IMG/VR virus record: IMGVR_UViG_3300038424_000251
Location: 301,300-365,299 of that record
Direction: 5' to 3' (one strand)
DNA length: 64,000 bases
The notes below the pieces were generated by a model. The model ran no database searches. It was given only the letters and a program-made list of their open reading frames with translations, and was not told where the DNA came from. This document shows, one piece after another, positions 20,632 to 30,540 of the stretch. The position numbers were made by a program, and so were the translations under genes. The number at the start of each line of letters is the position of its first letter. The stretch's first letter is position 1.

Positions 20632-21291
20632 ATGATAAAATCACTTAAAAAGTATCAAGTTCAATCTACACCTTTTAGTGCAATAAAAGCATGGTCAGTT
20701 AACAACACTGATAATTCCGACTTGCTTTTACTGCCTATGGGTACGCAATCAGTTGTTACTCTTGCATTACAATTTCTTGATTATGGTAATGGAAGTTCTT
20801 CTCCAGTTTTAAATATTTCGTGTAGTTTAGCATTAAATCCGGCACCATATGATTTAGCTACAATAGAACAAGGTTTAAATGTTACAGGTTCATTTTATCC
20901 TGATTCTGACCCTGTGAATTTGGATGGAACATATCAGAGGTCCATTTATTATCAAGTTAAAACAGCGTTTTATAATACTTACTATGACCCAAGTAAAATG
21001 TGGGGTATTGAAAATATTGATTTTGAACTTTCTAAAACCAAACGATTTTTATCAAATGGATTTTGGCTGATTGATATTCCAAGATATTTATATGGAGATA
21101 AAATCTTACCGAATACAATTACGATGTATATTGATACTTATGATAATCCATACACTGTAATGGATGACGGTAATGGAAATTTGTTTGCTGGAACTAATTT
21201 ATTTTCTCACCAACAGGAAATAGGTTATTTTTCAAATACATTTAATGCAAATGCCAGTTCATCTGGATGTAATTGGTATTGGGGAGTATAA
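20632..21291 (+). CDS. Tail protein, paralogue of the N-terminal domain of 19157
   Basis: Shared G.FYP.SDP.N.DGTYQR, WG.ENIDFE.SKTKRF and DDGNGNLFAGTNLFS.QQE motifs. Confidence 0.7.
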   Translation: MIKSLKKYQVQSTPFSAIKAWSVNNTDNSDLLLLPMGTQSVVTLALQFLDYGNGSSSPVLNISCSLALNPAPYDLATIEQGLNVTGSFYPDSDPVNLDGTYQRSIYYQVKTAFYNTYYDPSKMWGIENIDFELSKTKRFLSNGFWLIDIPRYLYGDKILPNTITMYIDTYDNPYTVMDDGNGNLFAGTNLFSHQQEIGYFSNTFNANASSSGCNWYWGV

Positions 21292-21326
21292 TTTGAAAAT
21301 TATTTTTTATATGGATAGTTATAGTT

Positions 21327-24026
21327 ATGATTGCAAATATTTATAACCAAAATTTTGGATGGTCTGTAGCATGCGATGGATATTGGGCAGCAGTGGGAAA
21401 TCCTAGTTTATTTCGTTATGACCCAATGACAAGTAGCCTTACCAGAACAGGTTCCGTAGAAGTTTATAAATATAATATAAATTCAGATATTCATGATTAT
21501 AAAACAACTCTTTTTCGCCCTTTAACTCCATCCGAATTGATTTTGTTAACAACAGAATATAATAATCCTTTTCCAACAGGTCCAACCGATTATATACAAA
21601 CAGAATATACAGGTTCCATCCCTTATACTGCAGACTTGGATTTGTCTGTTGATACGGGATTATATTATACAGCTTCGGAAGATGGATATGGATTATCATT
21701 AGATTTACGTAATACTTTATTAGCAATAGGAAATCCATACTTTACAAGTACATTTACATTTATAACGGAGTCTTTTGTTTTTACAGGGTCGGGATATGTT
21801 GACCTTTTTGATGTTTCAGTATTAGATATAGACCCTTATGCTAAGAGAATACCACCTACAATTACCAGTTATTTCTCTTCATCACTAAATGGGCCTGTGA
21901 CTGTTCAAGCAAATGTTCCATCAGTACAAAATTATTCATTTGTATTACTTCAATCATTGGATTTATTGACTCCGGGAGCTAATTGGATAAACGTGTCAAT
22001 AGCATCAACATCAAATAGTGGTGGTAATGTAAACATACAAACATTTTATACAAATACAGACCTTGTAAATTTAAGTCTAAGAACAGTTGGAATAGTTGGA
22101 ACAAATCCATACTTAACGACAATATATAATCCAAATCCTGTCATAACATCTTCCTTTGGGTATTCTGTTTCATTAAATGATGAATGGTTGGCTGTAGGTT
22201 CACCTCTTGAATCAGGAAGTATGGGAGCAGTATTCATGTTTAGAAAATTGGATGAAAATAATCTGAGTTGGTCGTTTTTTCAAACGTTACCACTACCTTC
22301 CGATATTGATGTAGATGATGATTTTGGTGCTAGTATTGGAATGAATAAAGCATCATCCTCTTTTAGTTGGAGTATGGTTGTTGGAAGTTTGAAATCAAGT
22401 GAATCTAGAGCTTATATTTATGAATTTGATGGAACTGAATGGAATAATACGTTTACTTTGTATCCTGATAGTGGTTCTATTTATCCACTTCCATTTTATC
22501 CTACTTTTCCTATAGTTTTAAATTATCCGAATGTTAATGATTCTTTTGGTCATTCTGTTTCGATGTATGGTAATACAGTAATGGTAGGAGCACCAACTGA
22601 CAGAACTATACAAGAATATGAAAATGACAGTTTATCATATACACAAGGTTCTGTTTATTTCTTTGAAAGATGTGCTAATGCAAACTATGGATATTATTTG
22701 GCTAGAAAATCATATGGTAATGAAAAGATTATCAACAATAATATGTTAGGTTGGTCGGTGAGTGTTTATGATCAATATGCTGTAGCAGGAGTTCCAAAAA
22801 TAAATGCTTTATCTTCTTCAATTTGTTATCTTCGAGGTTCTTTATTCCAAAAATGGTTTTGTGGAGATAGTCCTGATGCTCTTTTAAATGGGCAATTTAT
22901 TTTATATAACAAAAACACAGGTTCTATACCCGACACAACTAATATTGATTGGGATATATCCAATATTTATCAAGTTAAAAAACAGTTTTTGTCACCATAT
23001 CGTGTGTATGGGTGGGATGCAAATATTAGTAATCAATTCATCATAATAGGTTCTCCTATGTTGATATCAGGGTCAAACACTATCATGGATTTGAGTCCTT
23101 TTACGGGAAGCTTTACTGGTAGTGTGGATGTTATTGGCGACCTTAGTGGAAAATCTTACATTTATAATCTTAAAAATCTTCGCCCAAATTTTTATGTTGG
23201 TAATGTTTTTTATAGAAACGGTAAAATGGTTATTATGACTTCTGGTTCAAATTTTGAGGGATTACAACTCAGTAATACTGTTAATGAATATGATTATGAT
23301 ATAGAATTCACATCTTCTCAGACCATATTTGAAAAACAAGTTGTTTGTCCTGTTGATATAGGAGAATTTAACGTTAGTACCAATCCAACAGCAATTATAT
23401 TTCCAAATGCCGAATTTGATATAAATCAAAATGGCAAATTTGATTTTCAAGATGCAGATGTATTACTTAGGTATATGGCCTACAAGAATACTGAAGTAAC
23501 AGGACAACCAAATACTGATTGGAGTTCTTCAATTGTTGATACTACTACAAATGAAGAACCAGCTGTGTTTAAGATGTATTCATCTTTTTGGGTTGGAACA
23601 GATAATTTATTTGCCTCAAGTTATTCCACCATAAATAATACTATGTATGGAGATTTGGATTTTAACAATGATAATAAAATTGATAATAATGACATGTATA
23701 TTTTGTGGAAATACTTTATTTACAGATTAACACAGAAAAATTATAATCTTTATATTACTCCAAATTCACAGAACAAATTTTTGGCTAATATTCTTGATTA
23801 TATGAATAGTAAAACTCTTCGTGGTCAACCACCGATGATTAATCCTACCTTTTTAGAATATGAAAGTTTAGTCAAGCAGGACCCAACGGGTTCATATTTG
23901 GCACCTACAGTAACTTCAATTGGATTATATGATGGATGTGATTTAGTAGCCATAGCAAAATTGGGTTCGCCAATCAAAATTACCCCAGATTTTCCTATTA
24001 ATTTTGTGGTGAAAATAGATTTCTAA
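21327..24026 (+). CDS. Tail protein with FG-GAP-type propeller repeats, dockerin-like Ca-binding loops and the conserved tail C-terminus
   Basis: FGWSVA, FGYSVSL..LAVGSP, FGHSVS..VMVGAP; DINQNGKFDFQD and DFNNDNKIDNND loops; TSIGLYD..AIAKLGSP. Confidence 0.7.
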   Translation: MIANIYNQNFGWSVACDGYWAAVGNPSLFRYDPMTSSLTRTGSVEVYKYNINSDIHDYKTTLFRPLTPSELILLTTEYNNPFPTGPTDYIQTEYTGSIPYTADLDLSVDTGLYYTASEDGYGLSLDLRNTLLAIGNPYFTSTFTFITESFVFTGSGYVDLFDVSVLDIDPYAKRIPPTITSYFSSSLNGPVTVQANVPSVQNYSFVLLQSLDLLTPGANWINVSIASTSNSGGNVNIQTFYTNTDLVNLSLRTVGIVGTNPYLTTIYNPNPVITSSFGYSVSLNDEWLAVGSPLESGSMGAVFMFRKLDENNLSWSFFQTLPLPSDIDVDDDFGASIGMNKASSSFSWSMVVGSLKSSESRAYIYEFDGTEWNNTFTLYPDSGSIYPLPFYPTFPIVLNYPNVNDSFGHSVSMYGNTVMVGAPTDRTIQEYENDSLSYTQGSVYFFERCANANYGYYLARKSYGNEKIINNNMLGWSVSVYDQYAVAGVPKINALSSSICYLRGSLFQKWFCGDSPDALLNGQFILYNKNTGSIPDTTNIDWDISNIYQVKKQFLSPYRVYGWDANISNQFIIIGSPMLISGSNTIMDLSPFTGSFTGSVDVIGDLSGKSYIYNLKNLRPNFYVGNVFYRNGKMVIMTSGSNFEGLQLSNTVNEYDYDIEFTSSQTIFEKQVVCPVDIGEFNVSTNPTAIIFPNAEFDINQNGKFDFQDADVLLRYMAYKNTEVTGQPNTDWSSSIVDTTTNEEPAVFKMYSSFWVGTDNLFASSYSTINNTMYGDLDFNNDNKIDNNDMYILWKYFIYRLTQKNYNLYITPNSQNKFLANILDYMNSKTLRGQPPMINPTFLEYESLVKQDPTGSYLAPTVTSIGLYDGCDLVAIAKLGSPIKITPDFPINFVVKIDF

Positions 24027-24056
24027 CTATATTTATAAACAACGGAGACATATTAT

Positions 24057-24329
24057 ATGCCAACACCAATTACAAGACCATCATTAACAACAACCCTAGC
24101 AGAGAGATATGAAACTCAACCTGTTGGTGGAGCATTTGATGCTAGAGATATTATTGAAAGCGGAGTAGATGCATTATTTGCAAGTATGCAGGGTGCAGAA
24201 TTTCAAGTAAAAAATGGATTTTTAACCAAAGAACAATTGGAAGTTTCTGATTTTATAAATGATGGAAATGGATTATCCATATATGTTCAGGGATTGGATA
24301 CTAAAAAATACGATTCAGCTATTGGTTAA
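24057..24329 (+). CDS. Small hypothetical late protein
   Basis: Clean ORF with TATTTATA at 24030 and GGAG upstream. Confidence 0.6.
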   Translation: MPTPITRPSLTTTLAERYETQPVGGAFDARDIIESGVDALFASMQGAEFQVKNGFLTKEQLEVSDFINDGNGLSIYVQGLDTKKYDSAIG

Positions 24330-24384
24330 ATTTAATTAAAAGTTTTATAAAATCCTATATATTATTGTTATATAGGATTTTATT

Positions 24385-24897
24385 ATGTCCAATATTGTTT
24401 TAGGTCTTGATGCATCAACATCCATAGTTGGGTGGGGATTTGCACAAAGTGGTTCAGTAATGGATGCTGGTTTCCTTAATGTTTCAAAATTTGAAACTAA
24501 CAAGGAAAAAGGAAAATTTGTTATAGATTTTTTGTTAAAACATTCTTTAATCACTTCAGTTGACCATATTAATCTCGAAGCTGCATTGTCAGGATTTGGT
24601 GGTGGCCTTACTTCTCAACAAACTATTATTACTCTTTCAAGATGGAATTCTGTGTTTGAATATATGTTGTCTGAATATTTCAAATTTCCAATTGCTCTTT
24701 GTAATGTTAATACTATGAGAAAAAAAGTATTTGGTAAAGCAAGGATAAAAGGAATCAAACCCAAAGATTATGTTAAACAACAAATCCCTTTGATAGTACC
24801 TAATATATCCAAGTTTGAGAAATTAAATAAACGGGGTAAGTGGGATGCGCATAATAGTGATATGTATGATGCTATAGTTTGTGCTTTATTTGGCTAA
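24385..24897 (+). CDS. ruvC: RuvC-like Holliday junction resolvase
   Basis: VLGLDASTSIVGW (Asp), INLEAAL (Glu) and SDMYDAIVCA (Asp) RNase H-fold catalytic pattern. Confidence 0.8.
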   Translation: MSNIVLGLDASTSIVGWGFAQSGSVMDAGFLNVSKFETNKEKGKFVIDFLLKHSLITSVDHINLEAALSGFGGGLTSQQTIITLSRWNSVFEYMLSEYFKFPIALCNVNTMRKKVFGKARIKGIKPKDYVKQQIPLIVPNISKFEKLNKRGKWDAHNSDMYDAIVCALFG

Positions 24898-24917
24898 TCA
24901 ATATATTTATAAACTAT

Positions 24918-25664
24918 ATGCCAAATTACGACAAATACACTTTAGCAGGCAAACAACCTTGGCAAACATGGACCCAACTCGTTGAGTATGTTACAGAATC
25001 TTCGTCTTTTACGGATGGTTCGGGAAATGTATTGACTCAAAGTATAAATTTAACTGCAAGTAATGCAATTAGTTCTAGTTATACCATTACTTCTTCATTT
25101 GATTTTATATCAGTAATGTCAATTACTTCTTCATTTGCTACTCAGTCTATTAGCGCAAGTTATTTAAGTGGTTCTGCTACTGGTTCATTTACAGGGTCAT
25201 ATACTGGTTCATTTTATGGAACTGCTTCGTGGGTAATTAATGCTATTTCTTCAAGTTATTTGAGTGGTTCATCAACAGGCTCATTTATGGGGTCATTTAC
25301 AGGTTCATGCGTTGGGACTTCTAGTTGGGCAAATAATGCAATCACAGCATCTCAAGGTGCTTTTGCTTGGGCAAGTATGGTAACTTCTTTAACTTCATCT
25401 GCGATAAGCAAATCATATAATTGCTATCTTTCTCGTTCAAGTACTGGAATGTATTGTATTGGTTTTAACAATCCAGCAGCAAGTATTTATTATGCAGCAA
25501 TCTTTAATGGATGGAGTGGTAGTAGTTCTTCATCTGTAACTGCTTCGTTTGGAGTTCCTTTTAATATGAATCCGGAAGGATTTACAATGTCAACAGTTTT
25601 ACTTACCGCTTCAAATGCTATAGCTGATTTTGTTTCTGGAAGTTTAGTAGTGTTTAGTTATTAA
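24918..25664 (+). CDS. Ser-rich fibre/adhesin-like protein
   Basis: TGSFTGS and SSSY repeats; C-terminal STGMYCIGFNNP..YYAAI; start set at ATG 24918, 6 nt after TATTTATA. Confidence 0.6.
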   Translation: MPNYDKYTLAGKQPWQTWTQLVEYVTESSSFTDGSGNVLTQSINLTASNAISSSYTITSSFDFISVMSITSSFATQSISASYLSGSATGSFTGSYTGSFYGTASWVINAISSSYLSGSSTGSFMGSFTGSCVGTSSWANNAITASQGAFAWASMVTSLTSSAISKSYNCYLSRSSTGMYCIGFNNPAASIYYAAIFNGWSGSSSSSVTASFGVPFNMNPEGFTMSTVLLTASNAIADFVSGSLVVFSY

Positions 25665-25670
25665 AAATAT

Positions 25671-25699
25671 TTGACTCTCAACTTTTTATAATTTAGCAT
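25671..25699 (+). promoter_or_regulatory. sigma70-type promoter of the primase gene
   Basis: TTGACT-17 nt-TAGCAT, with the ATG 7 nt downstream. Confidence 0.6.
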
Positions 25700-25706
25700 T
25701 TCTTAG

Positions 25707-26639
25707 ATGCTAAAGGAATCACAATTATTTTCTCTTCTTGATAAGGTATTGAACCAAATTTCTTATATCCGGAAGGGTGAAGAAGCAGTTTATTTCTGTC
25801 CATTTTGTTCACACTATAAAAGAAAATTGGAAGTCAATGTTAGAACTCAAGAATGGCATTGTTGGGTTTGTAACTCTTGTGGCAGGTCCATTAGTTCGCT
25901 TTTTTATAAACTTAAAGTCAAAGAAGCTTATTTTGATGAATTGTATAAAATTGTAGGGAAATCGTGGAAGCGAATTATAACAGAAGTAGAGCGACCAAAA
26001 AATTTATCTTTACCAAACGAATTTATACCTCTTTGGAAACCATCAAAATCGTTTGATTATGGACATGCTATAGAATATCTTGGAGATAGAAGAGTTACAA
26101 TGGATGATATTCTTCGTTATAATATTGGTTATTGTGAAGAGGGTATCTATAAACAAAGAATTCTAGTTCCATCCTATGATAAAGATGGTAATGTAAACTT
26201 TTTTGCAGCTAGAGCTTACCATGAAGGAAATTGGTATAAATATATGTTACCACCTTGGTCCAAAGATATTATTGGATTTGAGTTATTTGTGAATTGGCAT
26301 GAACCCATAACATTAGTGGAAGGCACGTTTGATGCAATGTCAGTTAGAAATAATGCAATACCTCTGTTCGGAACTACATTACCATTTTCCTTAAAACTGG
26401 CAGTTGTATCTAATAAAGTTAAGAGGGTTAATATTGTTTTGGATAATGATGCATTAAAACAAGCAGTGGATATTTTTGACAGAATTGAGGATTTACAAGT
26501 TAATCAAATTGATATTCATTTAATCAGATTGGGAGAAAAAGACCCATCTATTCTTGGATTTGAAGCAGTAAATGAATTGATTGAGAAGTCAAAAGCTTTT
26601 GATTTTTCGGACATAATTAAAGCAAGACTTGATAGATAA
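25707..26639 (+). CDS. DNA primase (Zn-finger + TOPRIM)
   Basis: CPFC..WHCWVC zinc ribbon; LVEGTFDA and LDNDA TOPRIM motifs; KDPS. Confidence 0.85.
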   Translation: MLKESQLFSLLDKVLNQISYIRKGEEAVYFCPFCSHYKRKLEVNVRTQEWHCWVCNSCGRSISSLFYKLKVKEAYFDELYKIVGKSWKRIITEVERPKNLSLPNEFIPLWKPSKSFDYGHAIEYLGDRRVTMDDILRYNIGYCEEGIYKQRILVPSYDKDGNVNFFAARAYHEGNWYKYMLPPWSKDIIGFELFVNWHEPITLVEGTFDAMSVRNNAIPLFGTTLPFSLKLAVVSNKVKRVNIVLDNDALKQAVDIFDRIEDLQVNQIDIHLIRLGEKDPSILGFEAVNELIEKSKAFDFSDIIKARLDR

Positions 26640-26838
26640 AGATTATAGAAAATGTTATAAAATTTATTGATAACAATTTGGTTAAACCGTATATTGAAAT
26701 GAGAATGAATGGGAAATCGTGTAAAGAATTTAGTGAATATATTATGTCTGCTATGAATAAATTTAGTGTAAAAGAACAAGAAACATTACAACTTTTATTT
26801 ATGCTTAGAATTGCTCTTCTTACAATAAAATCATTGAA

Positions 26839-27342
26839 ATGATGAAAAGTTTAGAACTAAATTGGATTCGTAGAAAGGTAGATAAAACCATCCCTTTCCC
26901 AGAAGTGTTGTTTTTTCCATTTACTAGTGGTAGAGCTGGTAGTTATTACAATCCATCCCCGAAGAATGAAATATATGATATTGATGGAAAGCCCCATTCT
27001 CTAAAATATGGTGCAATTGTTGTTAGCAGTAAATATGACAATAAAGTACAGAAAAATATTATTGCACATGAATGGCGTCACCATTGGCAATACTTCAAAG
27101 GTATAGAAAAAGAAACGCCAAAATGTAAAGCTACCCAAATAACAAAAGAAAATTATAATGATATAGCAAGATTGTATTTTACCACATCAAAAACTGAATT
27201 AGATGCTCTTCGATTCTCATATATTCATGCAGGGTTTCTTAGCAACTATGAACCTTGGGAAGAATTATTTTACGATTTAATAAAGGATTTAAGAGTAAAA
27301 CCTATTATAACTTATGGCAATCAAGCACTTAATAACAAATAA
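26839..27342 (+). CDS. HExxH zinc metallopeptidase-like protein
   Basis: IIAHEWRHHWQY with a downstream E.DA third-ligand motif. Confidence 0.6.
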   Translation: MMKSLELNWIRRKVDKTIPFPEVLFFPFTSGRAGSYYNPSPKNEIYDIDGKPHSLKYGAIVVSSKYDNKVQKNIIAHEWRHHWQYFKGIEKETPKCKATQITKENYNDIARLYFTTSKTELDALRFSYIHAGFLSNYEPWEELFYDLIKDLRVKPIITYGNQALNNK

Positions 27343-30300
27343 AAAATTCAGCCATATAGTTCATTTATCGGACATTCATATTCGGCTCACAAAAAGACAT
27401 GAAGAATATAAAGAAGTATTTTCAAGACTGTTTGATAAAATATTAAAAACGCCATTAACAACTGCAATCTTTGTTATTGGTGATGTAGTTAATAGTAAAA
27501 TTGATTTGAGTCCTGAATGTGTGGATTTAGCTGCTGATTTTTTGTTTGAGTTGGCCTCACTACGACCTACTGTTCTTGTTGCAGGTAATCATGATACAAA
27601 TCTGACAAATCGCAATAGAATGGATAGTTTAACTCCTATTGTGGATGCATTAAATCATCCATCTCTTTTCTATCTCAAGAAATCAGGTCTTTATGGATTA
27701 GGTAATATTTGTATAAATAACTATAGTGTATTCGATTCACCTGACAAATACATGGAGAAACGGTATATACCTGATATTTATAAAAACCAATATGAATATT
27801 TCATTGTTACATATCACGGACAAGTTGATGGAGCTAAAACAGACCTTGGGTTCACTCTAACCAATCCTTTAATTACTACTCATACATTTGATGGTCATGA
27901 TATCGTTTTATTGGGTGATATTCACAAAGAACAAACTCTTCAAATATATGACGAAGAAGAATCCAAACCTGCTATAAGATATGTGGGGTCACTTATTCAA
28001 CAAAAACACGATGAACCCATAAAGGGCCACGGTTATTCGTTTTGGAATTTAGGGCAAAGAGATTATATTCATTCAGACATTCCAAATGATTATGGGTTTT
28101 TAAGTGTTCTTCTTAATAATGGCGTCATTTCTACCTCTTTGAATAACCTTCCTAAGAAGGCTAGAGTTCGTTTTCAGCTAAAAAATACAATGCCTACCGA
28201 AGTCAAGGAAGCTCTGACTCACGTTAGGCAACTGACGGAAGTTGTTGAATCATGTTATCAAAAGTTGGATTCAGGAATTTCTTTAGCGAAGATTTCAACA
28301 GCTAATGGCAATGTGATTTTGGGTAATATTAACGATAAAAACTATCAAGTTGACCTTCTAAAAGAATTTCTGAAAACTAAACTTAAAATTATCGACCAAT
28401 CCTTTATTGATGGAATCATCAAGATAAATGATGAAATGAATGATTTGGTAAAGAAAGATGATTTTGCCAGAAATATTCGTTGGATTCCAATCAAATTTGA
28501 ATGGGAAAACATGTTTTCTTACGGTGAAAAGAATATTATTGATTTTACAAAAATGAGGGACCTTGTAGGTTTATTTGCAGCAAATACTTCTGGAAAGTCC
28601 AGTATATTTTCTGCAATGACATTTTGTTTATTTGATAAATGTGAAAGAGAATTTAAAGCAGCCAACATAATGAATGTTCATAAAACCAGTTTTAATTGTA
28701 AATTTGAATTTGAAATTGACGGTAAAAGATACTTCATTAAACGAGAAGGTAAAACTGATAAAAAAGATAAAGTCAAAGTTGATGTTCGTTTTTGGAAAAT
28801 TAAAAATGGCCAAGAAGTGGATTTGAATGGTGAACAAAGAAAAGATACAAATGAAATTATTAGAGAATATTTGGGGTCTTATGATGATTTTGTATTAACT
28901 TCCTTGAGTGTTCAGAGTGGTAAAAACAATGCTTCCATTATTGATATGGGTGATACAGACCGCAAAGATTTGTTTGCTCAGTTTATGGGATTAACAATAT
29001 TTGATAGACTTTACACAGAAGCTAATCAAAAGCTAAAAGAACAAATTGTAACTCTCAAAGCCTATAGAAATGATGATTATACGCAAAAATTGGTGAATTA
29101 TACCAATCTTCTTGGACAGGCTGAAGGTTTATATCATGATGAAACTGAAGTATTGGCTGAACTTGGAAAGATTAAGGAAAGAATTCAACAGAATATTTTA
29201 GACGAAACCCGAAAATTGATTAAAATTGATTATGAAATACCTCTTTTGTCAGCAAGTCAGTCCCATTTGGATAAAGCTAAATTGAATATAACCATTAAAA
29301 AATCGGACATTGTCGGTGTTGAAAAGAAAGTGGAAAAGTTGTCGGGACAACTGATAACAGTTGAAAATGAAATAAAGATATTGGAATTAAAAAAGATAGA
29401 TATCGTGTATGTAACTTATCAAAAACTTGTAGCTAGAAGACAAGACGTTGAGAACGCACGAGCAAGAATAAAATTGAATTATGAACATGACATTCAAATT
29501 TGTAAAAATGCTGAAATGCTTGAATATGACTCTGCTTGCTCATACTGTGTTAAAAATGCAGGTAAAGTAGCAACCGAAGCTGAAGAAGCTAAAAAACGAA
29601 TTGTTAAACTTAAAGAAGATGCAACCAATTTAAAAAAGGAAAATGAACTTATTGATGTACAAATTGGTGAATCTTCATGGGCTCATGGAGCTAATCTAAA
29701 ACATATGGGCCTTCTCAAAAAACGAAATGACTTAAAAGATACAAAGTTACAATTTACTAATCAACTTAATTTATTACATCAATCTTTGGCAAAAATTGAA
29801 GAAGAAGTTAAGCTTCATGAAAAAAATATAGAATTATACAATAAAAGTAGTGAATCAATATTGATTAATGAAAAAATTAACAAACAAATCAATGATTACA
29901 AACGAGTTTTAGAAGAAACAGAATATTCTTACAAAGAAAAAAATAAAAGTGTCATGGATATCAATAGTAAAATTTCTGTATGTAAGAATCAAATTTCAGA
30001 AATCAATCGTAAAATTGACCAAATTAAAATTGTAGAACAAAAATATAAACTTTATGAAGTGTATTGTCAAGCTGTCAGTAGAGATGGAATTCCGTTCGGT
30101 GTAATCACAGCCACCGTTCCAGAAATTCAAAATGAAGTTAATAATATTTTGAGTCAAGTTACTGATTTTACATCGATATTTGAAACTGATGGCAAAAATG
30201 TAGTTCCCTATATTGTTTATAATGACAAAAAATGGTTGATGAGTTTAACTAGTGGGTTTGAAAAATTTGCTTTATCTTTAGCCATCCGCATAGCTTTGAT

Positions 30301-30523
30301 AAATATTTCAAATTTACCAAGACCCAATTTTCTTATTATAGATGAAGGTTTTGGGGTATTGGATGCAGAGAATTTGGCCTCAATGCAAACGTTATTTTCT
30401 TATTTGAAGACTAATTTTGATTTTATCATAATAGTTTCGCATTTAGAATCTCTTCGTGATATAGTGGATAAACACATTGAAATAATTAAAGATAAGGGGT
30501 TTTCTAAAGTCAATTTCATTTAA
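27314..30523 (+). CDS. Fused Mre11/SbcD nuclease - Rad50/SbcC ATPase (gp47+gp46-like recombination endonuclease)
   Basis: SDIH, GD, GNHD and GDIH phosphoesterase motifs; Walker A NTSGKSS; coiled coil with a CSYC hook; TSGFEKF signature; Walker B IIDEGFG.LD; VSH. Confidence 0.9.
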   Translation: MAIKHLITNKKFSHIVHLSDIHIRLTKRHEEYKEVFSRLFDKILKTPLTTAIFVIGDVVNSKIDLSPECVDLAADFLFELASLRPTVLVAGNHDTNLTNRNRMDSLTPIVDALNHPSLFYLKKSGLYGLGNICINNYSVFDSPDKYMEKRYIPDIYKNQYEYFIVTYHGQVDGAKTDLGFTLTNPLITTHTFDGHDIVLLGDIHKEQTLQIYDEEESKPAIRYVGSLIQQKHDEPIKGHGYSFWNLGQRDYIHSDIPNDYGFLSVLLNNGVISTSLNNLPKKARVRFQLKNTMPTEVKEALTHVRQLTEVVESCYQKLDSGISLAKISTANGNVILGNINDKNYQVDLLKEFLKTKLKIIDQSFIDGIIKINDEMNDLVKKDDFARNIRWIPIKFEWENMFSYGEKNIIDFTKMRDLVGLFAANTSGKSSIFSAMTFCLFDKCEREFKAANIMNVHKTSFNCKFEFEIDGKRYFIKREGKTDKKDKVKVDVRFWKIKNGQEVDLNGEQRKDTNEIIREYLGSYDDFVLTSLSVQSGKNNASIIDMGDTDRKDLFAQFMGLTIFDRLYTEANQKLKEQIVTLKAYRNDDYTQKLVNYTNLLGQAEGLYHDETEVLAELGKIKERIQQNILDETRKLIKIDYEIPLLSASQSHLDKAKLNITIKKSDIVGVEKKVEKLSGQLITVENEIKILELKKIDIVYVTYQKLVARRQDVENARARIKLNYEHDIQICKNAEMLEYDSACSYCVKNAGKVATEAEEAKKRIVKLKEDATNLKKENELIDVQIGESSWAHGANLKHMGLLKKRNDLKDTKLQFTNQLNLLHQSLAKIEEEVKLHEKNIELYNKSSESILINEKINKQINDYKRVLEETEYSYKEKNKSVMDINSKISVCKNQISEINRKIDQIKIVEQKYKLYEVYCQAVSRDGIPFGVITATVPEIQNEVNNILSQVTDFTSIFETDGKNVVPYIVYNDKKWLMSLTSGFEKFALSLAIRIALINISNLPRPNFLIIDEGFGVLDAENLASMQTLFSYLKTNFDFIIIVSHLESLRDIVDKHIEIIKDKGFSKVNFI

Positions 30524-30540
30524 TGAGCCTATTTATAGGC

